Shown: positions 26,999 through 40,647 of the stretch, one piece after another | Layout: each line of letters opens with the position of its first letter | Position numbering within the stretch: position 1 is the first letter of the stretch | Assembly (NCBI GenBank): GCA_051294905.1 | Contig: CM119372.1 | Location: 25,670,001 to 25,734,000, forward strand | DNA: 64,000 nucleotides | From: Botryllus schlosseri | Lineage: Eukaryota | Direction of reading: 5' to 3' | The notes under the pieces: model-generated | What the model saw: the letters and a program-made list of their open reading frames with translations, nothing else | Told to the model about the DNA's origin: nothing | The model's database searches: none | Made by a program: the position numbers and the translations under genes

Positions 26999-29848
26999 TG
27001 CTATACTGATAGAAATGTATGGTAAGCAAGTGCAGAATTTTGAAAAAGAAACCACTAGAACATAAGTTAAAGTCGTGAAGCATTATATTTAGTGTAAAAC
27101 ACTAGGAATGGCAATTGGCAACACTGAGAACATGATCACCTTGTGATAGCAAAATATATGCCATAAAATATGCCAAGTTGTTTATAGTCACTGCGGTTGT
27201 CTGACGTCACAAACACTCCAATATAGACTTTTCATTGTATGATCACCTGCTACCGCGTTGACGGTTCAGCGCCATGCTTTGACGACATGATCGGAAACAC
27301 ACAACACTTCGATGCAAATGTGCGGTGAGGCAAGGTCGACTGTCTTCACCCGACCTTTCGGTAATTTTAATCAATACTGGAATCCGCTCCCAGAGTCATG
27401 TTGTAGTCATGCGGTGAATATCAGTAATGCCAGTCGTTTATGTTCCTTTTGCAGCGATCACTTAAAATTAAAACCACACGTCATTACGGTCGGTGTGATT
27501 AATTGTAATAGTCACCATTACTGTTTAGTTGCGCTGGTATGCTGGCTGGGCGCCGCATGTAGAAGATAGCGCACAAGACGAATCATATGTAAAGTAAACG
27601 CCGATTTTGTTCCACGTTGACCTTACGGATCTGCAATTGCGATGTCGCAGTTGATTGCCATTGTTATATGGGTCTTTGGGAATTACAATTGAACATATAG
27701 GACCGGAATTGATCCTTTGACGATAAGTTCTCGACCCCTGTCTTAAACGAACCAAAGAACATCATTGACCATAAGACCACATCTTCATGCGGCATTTTTA
27801 CGGTCTGCAGTGATGATCATCCGAACATCTATTCGGCTCAAGTTGTTGTTTTTTGTGGTATTTACGGTGTTTGTCGACTACTAAGGTCATGGTCATCAGT
27901 GGCGGCTCGTCCTATAAGGCAACTGGGGCATTGCCACACCTAAAATTCTGTTCAATAACAATTTAACCATTTATAGACGCACAGCAATCAATATATACCG
28001 AGATCACAGCGAAACCCGCGTTCTTCTTGTGCTTTCGCTTGCAAATGCCCATACATAGCGAAGTCTCTGCGAAAATCGAATTCTCTTCTGTGTTTTCGCT
28101 TTATGAATGCCTAGCCGGGGCTTGCCCCGGTAGCGCTCATAACAAGCTTTCACTATCTATTCTCTCAAAGCCGCGCACAATAAAGAAACGGTGATTTACT
28201 CTCTCCTATTCGTAAAATGGCCGAGCAACCGGGGCAAATATGCCTGGTCGCCCCTAAGGTGTGATGTAACAATCGTATCTATATCTGAACTCGGTTACCG
28301 TAATATGCGTTGAGTCGACCTTTGCTGGTATAGGTCGATTTTGACGGTGTTTCGCACCATGATAATTCTTGAAACTTGGTATGATATGTCGTGAAGGTAG
28401 TATTTAACACTGCTCCAAGTTTCAGGCTTGCTGCTTAAAGATAAGGGTAGTAATTCCGTTTCCGAAGTTCAGTGTGTGCTGATCTATCATGTATACATAG
28501 TACAGCAAACAGATTTTACTCAAAAGCCGGTATAGGTCTCCATTGATTTTGACGATGTTCTATACCAGTGATTCCCAACCGCGGCCCTGAGGGACGCATG
28601 CGGCCCGCAGATAGCCTTCTTGCGGCCCCCACAAAATATTAAGAATTCGAGTATTGACAAAAAATAAAATTTTACATTTATGAAATGCACGTACTTGGCT
28701 TGAAGTCTGGAGTTTTTAATTAGGATTGCAGGATAGTCGTAAGTAGACTGCTAACGTTACGTCGCTGCTGTTTCATTGCAATGCGCCCTAACTTTTCAGT
28801 TGAACGAGCAGTAGCTATGGATATAGGTATAGACAGGACCATAACTGCGTCACGACACACCCTCCAATTGGGGAGGGGGCGAGCTCGAAGGGGGCTCAAT
28901 ATTATTTCGTGAATAAGCATAAATTATAGAGTATTTTTTGAAAATTTGTGCATCTATTTACTCTAGGCGTGATTTCATGCTGCCAAATATCTTGACTTTT
29001 GGGTACTCATCCCCCCAAAAAAATATATTTATCGAAATGGTCGTATCGGCGTTTGCCATTACCGCGCCACGACGCACCAAGACATATTAAGTTTTACGTC
29101 ATGTAACATGCGACTCCAAGAAGTGTGTCAGAACGATTGGCAGCGAGAATACCTTGGCCGAAAAGGACTGCCCTTATGCTGACCGAAGCTTCGTTATATA
29201 TACAAAATACTGTCTTGGCAATCTCAACCACACAAGACACATATCATGCCGCAGGGACAAATTATATTCCAGTGAAGAAATACCAATTTGAAATAGTGTG
29301 CGCCTCTTAGTTTAGTAGCATACGTTTGGGCTATTCTATATTTTTTGATATAGCAGACGGCAGGTTTCGAAATAACATCATGTTACGGGGTCATACCAAC
29401 GGGCTCTACAGTGTCCAAGACACCTCACTTAGCTCTACCGGTAAATATGATTACGTGAGCAGCAAGGACAAGAAATTGATAGCAATATATATGCAATTCC
29501 CTATAATAATGACCGATTTTATCATAAATTATCGAAAATTTCGCGCCTCGCGCTGGCTCACTTAACGGTACAACTAATTTCGCGGTAAAAGCGAACAAGG
29601 TGATAGGGGTAGGTTTTTCACCCTATGGGAGCCCAAGACCAAAATTTTTTGGGGGCGGGGGCTCACGAAGTGCTCTTTCGTTCCTGCCAACGGATATACG
29701 CCCGGAGATGTTTAATTATTATTGAGGGGTCCTACCTTTTCAAACACACTTCGTCTCTACCTGTAAAACTGATTACGTGAGCAGAGAGAGGATAAAAATT
29801 GATAGTAATATACATGCGATTCCCGATCATGTTGATCGATTCAATTAT

Positions 29849-31855
29849 CACTGGTCAACAAAAATTTTGTTGCATTTCTACCAACACTTGTTCTTACCTA
29901 ATTTGGGGGCACTGAATCCGAATCTGACCTTAGTTTTTTTCTGCAAGGTCTAGATTTTTTGCAAATCGAGATTTTTTATTTTATTTTTACTAAATTCAAA
30001 TTTTCTGAAAAATTGCATGATTTGTCAAATGACGTTCTTGCTTATAGTCGAATAACCAACCTCAAAACAATAATAGGGTTGGTGTTACATTAGGCATGCC
30101 AGCTTGAAATGTTTCACGTAAGGGCCACTCCTTCTGTGTCCAATGTTTTTCACGTGCTCTGCTGTCCCACATGCATAGATAACATGGAAATTTAGTGTAT
30201 CCTTTTTGCTGACCTAGCAGAAAACTAACCATTTTGAGGTCAACACAAATGATACAGTTGTGCTCATGATATCTGAGCAAACCCATAACAGTTGTAATGT
30301 CATCATGCCGTTCCTTCAAGACAGTGGAGTGACCAACTGGAACAGCTCCATAAACATTTCCATTGTGTAAAAGGACAGACTTGAGGCTGCGCTTGGAACT
30401 GTCCAAAAACAATCGTTATTCTCCTGGATCATACGAGGAGATACCCAATTGTCCGAGAAGACCAGGTATATCGTTGCAAAATACCAGCTTATTTTCCTCT
30501 GAAAATAGGGAAGAAAGAGTTCTTCTCTTTTTCGAAAAAAGGATACCTTTACAGATTGATCCAGAACCTGTTTTTCTTTGAGCCTGGAGGCTATGAGCTC
30601 AGCTGCTTCCTTGGACAAATCTAAATCACGTACGAAGTCATTCAGTTCTGATTGATTAAACTGCTGAACAGCTACTCTGGTTTCACAAGAAGAGTGTTCA
30701 GATTCAGATCCTGTATCTGTTCTTTTATACTCCATTTCCATAACCTCTTCCCTTTGCGATCCAGTTTCCTCATCTTCAGAAAATGTAAAACCACTAAAGA
30801 CTGGAGGAGGGAATCTATCAGAGTGCGGAACAGGTCGTATAGCTGATGGTATACTTGGATAAGAAAGCATTTGTCGGCTCTTCCTGCCAACACCTTTTGT
30901 ATTTACCATGCAAAAGTAGCAGTCAGTCGTGTGATCTTGGGGTTCACGCCACACCATTGGAATGCCAAAAGGCAGACTCTTCCGCTTTCCTTTTGTCCAG
31001 TCTCTGAGCATTTCTTCGCAGTTATGGCACACAACATGTGGAGACCATTTCTTATCTTGATCGCCAAGATGGATGCCAAAGTAAGCTCTGTAGGCACGCT
31101 TCACGAACGATGCTATATTTCGTATTTGACGAGAAAGCGTGTACACACCACAGATATAACAAAATGAATCAGGTTTATTTTTGCATTTAAATCTACTAGA
31201 AGAAGCCATGACCAAATCTGAAAAAAGTTCAGAATCAAAAGAAAGTCTGGTGATATCTATGTGCTTAACACAACCTAAACGAATAAAAAATCATGGTTCT
31301 AATTAAGGCTACCAGCAGACGAGTGTAAAATAGAGCTTATAGAATATCCTACAGCATCTATCCGCAATACCTCACTATAATCAAGTTGCCTAACTTCTTC
31401 AAATGCCCTTAACAGCAGTAGGCTACAACTTAAAAGAGCTGAAAGCTTCTATCTGAAACACTGGTACTGTACCATAGTACAGACAACGCACACACAAATT
31501 GCCCAACTTTGAAAACCTGAGTAGCAGTAAAACATGCTGTTGAGCAAGCAGGCCTGCAAAAATACTCCTCCACCATGTGCAAGTCAGTCAGCAATGACTA
31601 GCAAATGTTCACAATGGTTCAGATGATGTATACAAAAAGAAAAACGGCTGGATAGAAAAAAAGTGTTCGATGCAGATCAGATTTATGCACTAAATATGTG
31701 CCACAAACGAAAAAAAATTAAATTGTCGATTGCATGAAAACTAGAGCATGCATAAAGAAACTGATTGCAGATTTGAAATCAGCATCCTAAAATTGTGTTG
31801 AATCAGTTAAAAAATCTCATGCAACAAGAAACGAAAAAAAAATTGTTGACCAGTG
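29849..31855 (-). mobile_element. Chapaev3-type (CMC) DNA transposon, internally deleted
   Basis: TIR CACTGGTCAACAA / TTGTTGACCAGTG; 4-bp TSD TTAT, supported by an empty paralogous site at about 29510-29550; transposase inside. Confidence 0.92.
30085..31209 (-). pseudogene. Chapaev3 transposase, N-terminal part (zinc-finger region plus first two putative catalytic Asp motifs)
   Basis: ORF-track proteins contain CKNKPDSFCYICG, LGDQDKKWSPHVVC, WREPQDHTTDCYFC, FLDSSKRSLKSVLLHNGN, ICVDLK and GYTKFPCYLCMWDSR. There is a frameshift near 30500, a TAA replacing the expected Trp before RLFLDSS, and a deletion after MPNV. A splice-acceptor-like TTTTTTCAG lies just upstream of the ATG at 31209. Confidence 0.88.
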
Positions 31856-32833
31856 TTATGAATTACAGAAAATTTTCGCGCTTGGCGCGTTTAGGCATTA
31901 AAAGCCGACTCACTAAACGGCCTCGAAAGCAGCATAATTGGTAGTCCTACAGCTCACGACCGAAGCGTCCGAATAATTTGAAAGATATACTGTCGTACTG
32001 TTTCTAAAAATACGAATTGAAATCTCGCCAGGGCAATAAAATTGCTCCGAAATAGCCAGTAAAGGTCGATTGTTCTGAACAATGGAAGTGCAGCAACACA
32101 AAGACCATGGCCAATGGCTTCGAGCGATTGATCGGAACAATGCCAATTTTCATATTTTGATGACTATTTGGGGTCCATTTCATTGCCCTGGTATTCGTGC
32201 GGCCCCGACCGTACTCTCAAATTCTAAATTTGGCCCCGACACCGAAAAAGGTAGGGAATCACTGTTCTATACTATACCGAGATCGGTCATGACATTTGGC
32301 ACGGTAAGTGTTAGTATCGACCGCTGTAACAAGTTTTAAGTTTGTCACTGAACTATGTGGGTGGTAATTTCGTTTCCAAAGTCGAGTAAGAGCTGACTCT
32401 TCATTTATCGCTAACAAATTTACGCAAAAGCCGTTATTGGTCTCTATTGATTTTAACGATGTTCCATACCTACTACCTAGATCTGTCATGAGCTTTTGCA
32501 CGGTATGTCTGGATGGTATATCTCGATGATCGCATGAAACAGCTAACCAAGATTCTCGGTTTGCATTCAAATATTCACATAATTTTATGTTCGCCAATGT
32601 CCATTCGGGGCCTACGATAAATATCGTAGGCCCCGGTCCATTTCACTGTGAAATTGTGGCCTTCAAACCATTTGCTTACAATCCCCTGTCAAATGCGATA
32701 GCTATTTCATTTTCGATGTCGGCTAACAGCTGATCATTCGATCAGCCTATTCCTCGATCTATTTTACTCAAAGTGCGGTGTTCGTCTGTTTGTATTGATT
32801 TTGACAGTGTACCATACCGGAATGGGTTATGAG

Positions 32834-33750
32834 TAGGGCCATTTAAAGTCATTAAAGTCATATTTTTTTCTATGCATCAGTAAGTCGTGAAATCAATTTT
32901 AACGCAAAAACCGCATGTCTATGGGGTATATTAAGAAAGTTATAAAGTCATATAAAGTCATATTTTGCTGGTTAGGTCATAAAAAGTTATAAAGTCATAT
33001 TTTTAGTATAGTTTAAATAAAAAGTACCAATTTAAGCGGTGAAGCAATCAAGCACTAAGAAACTAAGGCAGTTACTCGTTGGGGTAGCTGGTCGAATGCT
33101 GCTCAATATTATGCCGAGACGTAGGAAGGTGAAGTTATTGTAAATAGCATCAAAAATTCAGTCAACGATCCAAAGTTGACTATTCAGTCAATTTGCCTAC
33201 ACTATAACAATATTTCAAACTTAATACTGAAAATGGAAAATTATAGCCTACGTACACCGTCAACCTGATGTGATGTTGTAATGGAAAGTTATAGCCTACG
33301 TACACGCCCATGCTGATCTAAACGCCCTTGATTTCGGAAAAGATCCGCTTCAGCTCAAAAATTACATTAAGAAGCAATTGGACAAAAACGATGTGAAAAA
33401 AATTATGGAGCTACAAAGACGAGACATTTCACCATCGCTTTATGCAAAACTGCAGAAGTGTCAACCCACATCAGCGTCTGTAGAGCGCTCATTTTCCTTA
33501 CTAAAGTCATTTTACGTCCAAATCGTAACTTCAAAGACTCTAACATTCCGCACTACATGAAACTGTACTACAACAGTGGCTTCAAATAAAAATGGATGTG
33601 TTATGTTGCGTATGTTTTACTCTTTAGTTCCGTGAGTGACGTTGTTCGCATGTAAAAATACACTATTTTCAAATAAAGTCATATAAAGTCATATTTTCCG
33701 AAAAATAAAGTCATATTATGGATTTTTAAGGTCATATAAAAATGGCCCTA
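32834..33750 (+). mobile_element. hAT deletion derivative retaining the C-terminal dimerisation motif
   Basis: TIR TAGGGCCATTT / AAATGGCCCTA; perfect TSD GTTATGAG; AAAGTCATA repeats. 33300-33590 encodes ...CQPTSASVERSFSLLK, then after a frameshift LRPNRNFKDSNIPHYMKLYYN. Confidence 0.92.
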
Positions 33751-34282
33751 GTTATGAGATTGCGTATGCTACTTCTCGATGATTTCTTGTAACAGTATAC
33801 TAAGTTTACGGCTTTTATTCATGTATTTATTGATTAATATATTTTCCAACGGCGATTTCGCAGCAGACTTATAGACAGTAAGCCGTATGTGTTGTGTCAC
33901 AGTCTCCAGTTTCAAGGCCAAAATGTCCTATGTTGTTCCGAGACCGAAGTTCCGAGGCTGCTGTCCTTAGTTCTCCAAAGACCATTCAAATTGATGTTCT
34001 GGATTCAATATGACAGGCCCAATCTATGAGATAACAATTGCGTATGTGTCCGAACTCGTTGACCTTTCCAGTTAGGCTTACGCAATCTCTCGAGTTCTAA
34101 TCATTGGAATTAGTCAGGTCAAGTCAAGTGCGAACATGAATCGTATTGAATCTTTGCTCCGTACGTAGTTTACGCAGTTGCCTTTTGAGCGAAAATGAGA
34201 GGTCTAGAAGTTGTCCAGTCTATTGATCCAATCGTACGCCGGGTGCCTCCGCTTTGGTTGCCTATTATCACGTGGTCGTAAC

Positions 34283-34557
34283 CAGAGATGGCCACAGTCC
34301 GGTTCAGGAGCCGGAGCAGGATTTCAATGTTTTTTTTTACCTGGCCGGACTGGATCCGGATTTTGAATTTGGGGTGACGGTCGGATTTTAGTCGGATTTT
34401 TTGCTGTGATATGATTAATTAGCATTGTTCTGGCAGGATTTTTTCGGATTCCGAACTGGACATTCACCAGCCGGATTTCTTTGGACTCTGAATTTCCAAT
34501 TGCCAGCAGGATCCGGATAGATTCGGATCCCGAAATTTTGGAATCCGCCCATCTCTG
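34283..34557. mobile_element. hAT MITE with CCGGA repeats
   Basis: TIR CAGAGATGG / CCATCTCTG; perfect TSD GTCGTAAC. Confidence 0.9.
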
Positions 34558-34570
34558 GTCGTAACCACCA

Positions 34571-35738
34571 ACTCAGCGGTCGTAACACACCAGGATGGTG
34601 TACGAAACACTTTCGGACGGGCTTAGAAAAATTAGGGTCTATCGATTTGCGTAATCTCTAACTCTACCATGAAATCATAACGCATGCTACTAAGGATGAC
34701 CTGATACTTGATTCGTGGCATAGGGACGATTCTTAGTTCACGTACATTTTGTAAAATAATCCTTTGATTAAAAATAAATGAATAAAACATTTGTTACCAC
34801 ACTTCAAGTCACGGCTCACCGGCAAACCTCTCGCGGCACCTACGTTAAAATCACTGCTGTCGGGAAATTCATGTGACCATCATAAAGTTACTTTTTTACG
34901 TTGGAAAACGCCATTGTGACGTAATCTTGATAAAAGTCGCTCGCAGCCCTTGCCCCACCACCCGATATTGTCACGAGCCGCCACTGATGGTCATGGTTAT
35001 ATGCACCAGGCCGATTTTCTTCATTTTTATTCCGTAGCCGCTGACTTGTAGCACGGCCCACTTCTGGCCTTTATAAGACACCGATTACACGGATGAGCCT
35101 ATAGTTAAACCTGCAACACTTAGGTAGGACTTTCGGAGTCGAGCTCGGTCGGACTCAGTGGTCGTAACACACCAGGATGGTGTACGAAACACTTTCGGAC
35201 GGGCTTAGAAAAATTAGGGTCTATCGATTTGTGTAATCTCTAACTCTACCATGAAATCATAACGCATGCTACTAAGGATGACCTGATACTTGATTCGTGG
35301 CATAGGGACGATTCTTAGTTCACGTACATTTTGTAAAATAATCCTGTGATTAAAAATAAATGAATAAAACATTTGTTACCACACTTCAAGTCACGGCTCA
35401 CCGGCAAACCTCTCGCGGCACCTACGTTATAATCACTGCTGTCGGGAAATTCATGTGACCATCATAAAGTTACTTTTTTACGTTGGAAAACGCCATTGTG
35501 ACGTCATCTTGATAAAAGTCGCTCGCAGCCCTTGCCCCACCACCCGATATTGTCACGAGCCGCCACTGATAGTCATGGTTATATGCACCAGGCCGATTTT
35601 CTTCATTTTTATTCCGTAGCCGCTGACTTGTAGCACGGCCCACTTCTGGCCTTTATAAGACACCGATTACACGGATGAGCCTATAGTTAAACCTGCAACA
35701 CTTAGGTAGGACTTTTGGAGTCGAGCTCGGTCGGACTC
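34571..35738. repeat. Direct tandem duplication, 2 x 582 bp
   Basis: 34571-35152 vs 35153-35734 differ by about 7 substitutions counted by eye; ACTC microhomology at the junctions. Confidence 0.95.
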
Positions 35739-36849
35739 GAACCCTCAACCCATTCGGCTCAAGTGACCCATTCGGTTCAAGTGACAACCTGTGTGTTGAA
35801 ATTAGTGAATCTATCTCGGTGGTACAAATCATTCCATACCGTATACGTCGACAATTCATAGTGCATGTCGTCCGAAGATTCATACCACACGTTTTATCGA
35901 GAGTATTTAGATAGTTATGACATAATTAAACAACCTTTGCAAAAAATAGCATTTATCTAAACATTGTTTAGATTTAGAACAATGTGTTTTAAGGCGTTTC
36001 TTGTTTTAATGAAAACCTAATGATACTCTTTAATATACACAGGTACGCGCTAGTCGGCAATGATCATTTTATCGCGGAGAATGAGCAGTGAGCACGGAAA
36101 TTTCACCACGAACTGCAGTTGACCCTCAACTCGGACGTTGGATAAGACACGAATGGCGAATATGGGTCAGATCAGTGGGCGCCAGCACCACTGGGGTCGT
36201 TAGAGACATCGAAATGGGCGCTATACCTAGACGATGGGTGATTAAGGACAGTGAGAAAGAAATGGAGAACGGGAGAAAGCTGTTAAGGAAAACCGTAAAT
36301 TTGTGCAACAAGTTCAGATATGAAAATATGTAGTGACGTCGTTCGCCTTGATTCTATGCGCATACAATTGGAAATCGTCACCAACGCTCTCCGTACATGT
36401 GGATAGTTTTGCAGCAATGAGTTTTCTAACCAGTCAGCCAATCAGGTAACGAACAGATTAATTAGCCATCGACGTTTGAGGAGCGCAGATTCTGAAGCCG
36501 CGTTCAAACGCCGGTTCGCGTACAGTTTGGATTATAAATTTTTAAGGAACCGCTTAAAGCACCCAAATGAATTACGATGAATTGTAAGAGAAATTGTCTT
36601 TTTACGACCTTTTCCGCTATTTACCTGGAATAATTACAGAGTTGTCACTCTGGAATAACGTTTATTGTGCTATAAATTTGATTAGCCCAAAGAGACCACC
36701 AACAATGTAGTGTGGTTCTGTGTGCACACTGTATAAAACATTTTTGTCATGGATAGGAGGGGGTTAGTCGGATGCGTTTGATGCCTAGTTCGCTGCCCAG
36801 GGGGCGTCGAGTAAAAAGTTATGGAAATGATGGATTAGATGTTAGATCA

Positions 36850-38426
36850 TAGGGATGGTGTGCACTTGAGGTTCACGTTGGCGTTCTGTGTGTGAACCTC
36901 AGAAATTTATAGGTTCACATTCACAGACGAACCTTGGTATATTCTGCACTGTGAACCTTTTTCATCTATTACAATTTTTCACGTCATTATATCATCTTCG
37001 GTTGAAATTCTTTGCATTTAATCTTCAGACCAGTCTATGTATGGCGCTGGCAGCATAAAAATAAATCGACTCTAAATGGACAATGAGCATGCACCATGCC
37101 AATCTCAAAATTTACTTGCTTTGTTACAAAAGTTTGCTCGAAATATCCATATTTCCGTTCATGAATATATTGTGACTCTTTGCTGCGAGCTGGGCCTGCA
37201 ATCACACAGCCAGGGTTGTAACGACTCGAGTCGCGATTTTCTGATGACTCGAGTCATTTTCTCAGAATGCGGAAATGACTCGACTTGACTCGAGTCAATC
37301 TGTGTATTGACTCGACTTGGACTCGAGTCATTGCGCATGACTCGGACCAAGTCATATGACTTGAGTCTCAGACGGTCAAGACCGACATTTTACTGTAATT
37401 TCGAAGAATAGTAACGTAATCACACGGTTGGTATTTCGCCTATTGGTATACTGGTACTTGAAAATGCGAGCAGAAGCCGTTAAAAGTGAGGAAACTCAGT
37501 ATATTTTGAATGCGAGCCATTCGATATCACCAAACAGAGTTAGTGGTTTTAACAAGACTTCAACTCAAAACTGAGCAGTCAATGCAATGACTTGGACTCG
37601 GACTCGAGTCATAATACCATGACTCGGACTTGAACCTCTGCTTGCGGACTATACGACTCGGACTTGACTCGGTGGTGAATTAAAAAAGACTCGACTCGAC
37701 TCGACTTGACTCGAGTCAAAACTATAAAAGTGAGATTGACTTGTGACTCGGAGTCTAGTGACTTGGTTACAACACTGCATATCAAGAACGAAATACACTA
37801 CCTGTAGGTATAGTCAGCGAATGATGCTCATTGCTTATTCAACCAATCAATGAAATTGATACAAAGAATACGTCGTTGTCTAATGAAAAAATCTAGCAGG
37901 CGTACGGGATCCATCTTGATTTGATATGTTTATTGTATCACAAAAACCAAATCCGTGCGATCGGGGTGTTGACTCCTGTACAACTTGTTAATGGGGTAAT
38001 ATCGGTACCAAGTATAGAATCCCGTTTCACACTCTGTTCAATATCAATGTAGCAATAGTCAGACGCTAAAAGCATTGTCCGGTCTGACCTGGACCGTTAA
38101 GGCGTAAGCTTATGTTCCCTGGCAACTCCTCGTCGAAATTGTTTTCAAAGCGACGGAAAATATCGATTATATGAGATTATTATGGCATTTGATTGTTTCA
38201 GTTGATATAGTTGGTGACGTTTAAAAATCAGCATGTACTTCGGCATTATGTGGCCTGACTCGTCGCTAGGTATTCAAATACACCACTTCACTGAATTGTA
38301 GGGGTAAAATTAGCGATATGGCGTCACGTGATGTCATAGGTTCACGTTTGCTTTCACACATATCACCTGGCAAAAAGGTTCGCGTTCACACGAACCTGAA
38401 GATTTCAGGTGTTCGCGCCATCCTTA
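36850..38426 (+). mobile_element. TAGGGATGG-family hAT MITE (copy 2) with nested insertion
   Basis: TIR TAGGGATGG / CCATCCTTA; TSD TTAGATCA/GTAGATCA (7/8); colinear with copy 1. Confidence 0.9.
37211..37777. mobile_element. hAT MITE with GACTCGAGTC repeats
   Basis: TIR CAGGGTTGTAAC / GTTACAACACTG; inverted homolog of 47277-47872; TSD not preserved. Confidence 0.88.
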
Positions 38427-39277
38427 GTAGATCATCTGCTGAAGGCGTATAATAATGAGAGATTTAGTAGACTTTTTGGCGGCACTTATTTATAGTTTGC
38501 GTTCGCTGTAATTTGAATATCGTGAAGCCACTTCTTTTGTGCTCAAACCATAACATTCCTAACATTTTTCAAGTCTTTGCATAATGGATTACGAGTTGCA
38601 ACCTGGTATTTTTTCAGTGATCGTTCTAATGCACCGCCACAATCCAGACTTTTCGATGAGGATAAAACAAATAGAAACTTATTCCGACACGAGGATAGCA
38701 TGTGTTATTTTATGCTATTTTGATTAATAATTGCATTTATGACAGAAATTGAAGCGATTCTTGTTGATATATTTCGACAAACACAATTCGCTGAATAGAC
38801 CATATGTAGCGATGTTGTAGTTTGTGGCATTCATGGTGTGTTTCGATTAGAATGGTCATTTAGACCATGTCGATATTCTTTACTATGATTCAGTAGCTGC
38901 TGATTTTGCAGCGCGGCCGATTTCTATACTTTTCAAGACATCACTTTCGAGAATCAGATGGCGAGTAGGAGCCTAGATAAACCACACACACTTCGTCATC
39001 ATCATCATTGGTTTATTAGCAATTTCTATCAGTTCAATACACCACAAAAATGCGATAAAATGAAAAGATGGGAAGGTTTCGAAGCGACTTGGAGTAGTCT
39101 ATGGAATCAGACACCCACCTTAGCCTAGGCCAGTGGTCGGGAACCTATGGCTCTTTTGGGTATAAGATATGGCTCTTTGTCAAATATTTATTTTGGTACT
39201 GAATGGATCAGTATTGCAGCGACTTTTCGGTAAATATTCATCACAGCTAGAATAATTATTCTCGTTGCAGTAGAAAC

Positions 39278-40647
39278 CAATGTTGGGATGACTCGAGTCA
39301 TGACTTGACTCGAGTCAGACTCGAGTCACCTTTTTCGTATGACTTGACTTGACTCGAGTCACTTTGCAAAAATGACTTGACTTGACTTGACTCGACGCTT
39401 CAAAAATGCAGATTGACTCGTGACTCGAAGCAAAATTTACGAGTCAATTTCAAGTCATCAAGTAATCGATGTCGACTAGATCGCCGTATCTTGTATACGT
39501 TCGGATTGTTGACCGATCACTCAATGATTGTGCGATTTACCGAGCCTCCATTATTACATCACTAATGAATTGATCGTTAACGCAGTGATCGGAGCTTACG
39601 TTTTCGTAAACTTGCACACCTCAACCAACCCTCTTGCGTGCTTTAAATCGAACGAATATCGTGCATACGTTTATAATTGTATATCATGGATATATATGTG
39701 GGTAGAGTATTGCTCCATATCATTTTATTGAACTCTCCGATGCTTCATATGCTATCCTATATTTTGGCTGATAATTATAGATCAGGGGTGGGCAGAGCTG
39801 CTTCACGCGCGAGCCGCATATCAAAAATCGTTGCCTTAAAAGAGTCACAACACAAACATTTATAAATACTAATTTATTCTGTCACAAGGAAATGTTGGAT
39901 ATCGAATGAAGTTTATTATTGTGTGGCATAAGACGATGCCTCTCCACCTAGGCTGCAAGGTGTTTCAAATCGGACTGATATGACGTCAAACAGTGCGGAG
40001 CTCGGTATAATCATAATACTACGCACACATATGTCTTTTTTCGGTAACTCTTGGCAATTAAGGTTTTGGTGTCTGGTTTCGTAATCACGTTTCAATTCTA
40101 GCTTTGTGATTGTTATTGGGCGAATCTTGACGGAAAAAGCACAGTGGCTTTCGTTCATTATCACGAATGAACATTGCACACTCATTGAAGAGCCGCAATC
40201 AAAGACTCAAAGATCAGCATGCCGCCCGCGAGTCGCAGTTTTCCCACCCCTGTTATAGACTGAGGCTGTACCGCTATACTTGCGTAGTTTGACATTTATA
40301 CGTATGCATGAGCGATAGAGCGCCTTCTTGCGTGTATAATCAACTCTTTATTCGTTCCTCTATTCAGAATAAATGGGGACCCTATCTGTATTTAAAATAG
40401 TTAGCAAAATGCAATGACCTTGAATCACGTATCGTACTTTGAAAATTCAACTTGACTCGACTAGTGACTTGACTCGTGACTTGACTTGACTTGACTCGAC
40501 TTGACTCGAGTCACCTCCAAAAATCGGGTGACTTGACTTGACTCGAGTCACTTTTGAAAATCGAGTGACTTGACTTGACTCGAGTCAAAATCTGCAATGA
40601 CTCGAGATGACTCGTGACTCGAAGGTTGTGACTTGATCCCAACACTG
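39278..40647. mobile_element. hAT element with GACTT/GACTCGAGTC subterminal arrays
   Basis: TIR CAATGTTGGGAT / ATCCCAACACTG; perfect TSD GTAGAAAC. Confidence 0.92.
39783..40252 (-). mobile_element. Buster/SPIN-like MITE, inverted relative of 15305-16219
   Basis: TIR CAGGGGTGGG / CCCACCCCTG; TSD TTATAGAT/TTATAGAC; minus-strand remnant KPLCFF...LKRDYETRH. Confidence 0.88.

Larger units (their letters stand above)
27897..34986. mobile_element. 7.1-kb hAT-bounded element enlarged by nested insertions, inserted in a SINE
   Basis: TIR CAGTGGCGGCTCGT / ACGAGCCGCCACTG; perfect TSD ATGGTCAT; the two flanks join into one SINE copy. Confidence 0.9.

Noticed and set aside
30085..31209. Domesticated transposase-derived host gene
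   Set aside because: It has a frameshift, an in-frame stop and a C-terminal deletion, and retains intact TIRs and a TSD; it is a dead transposon copy.
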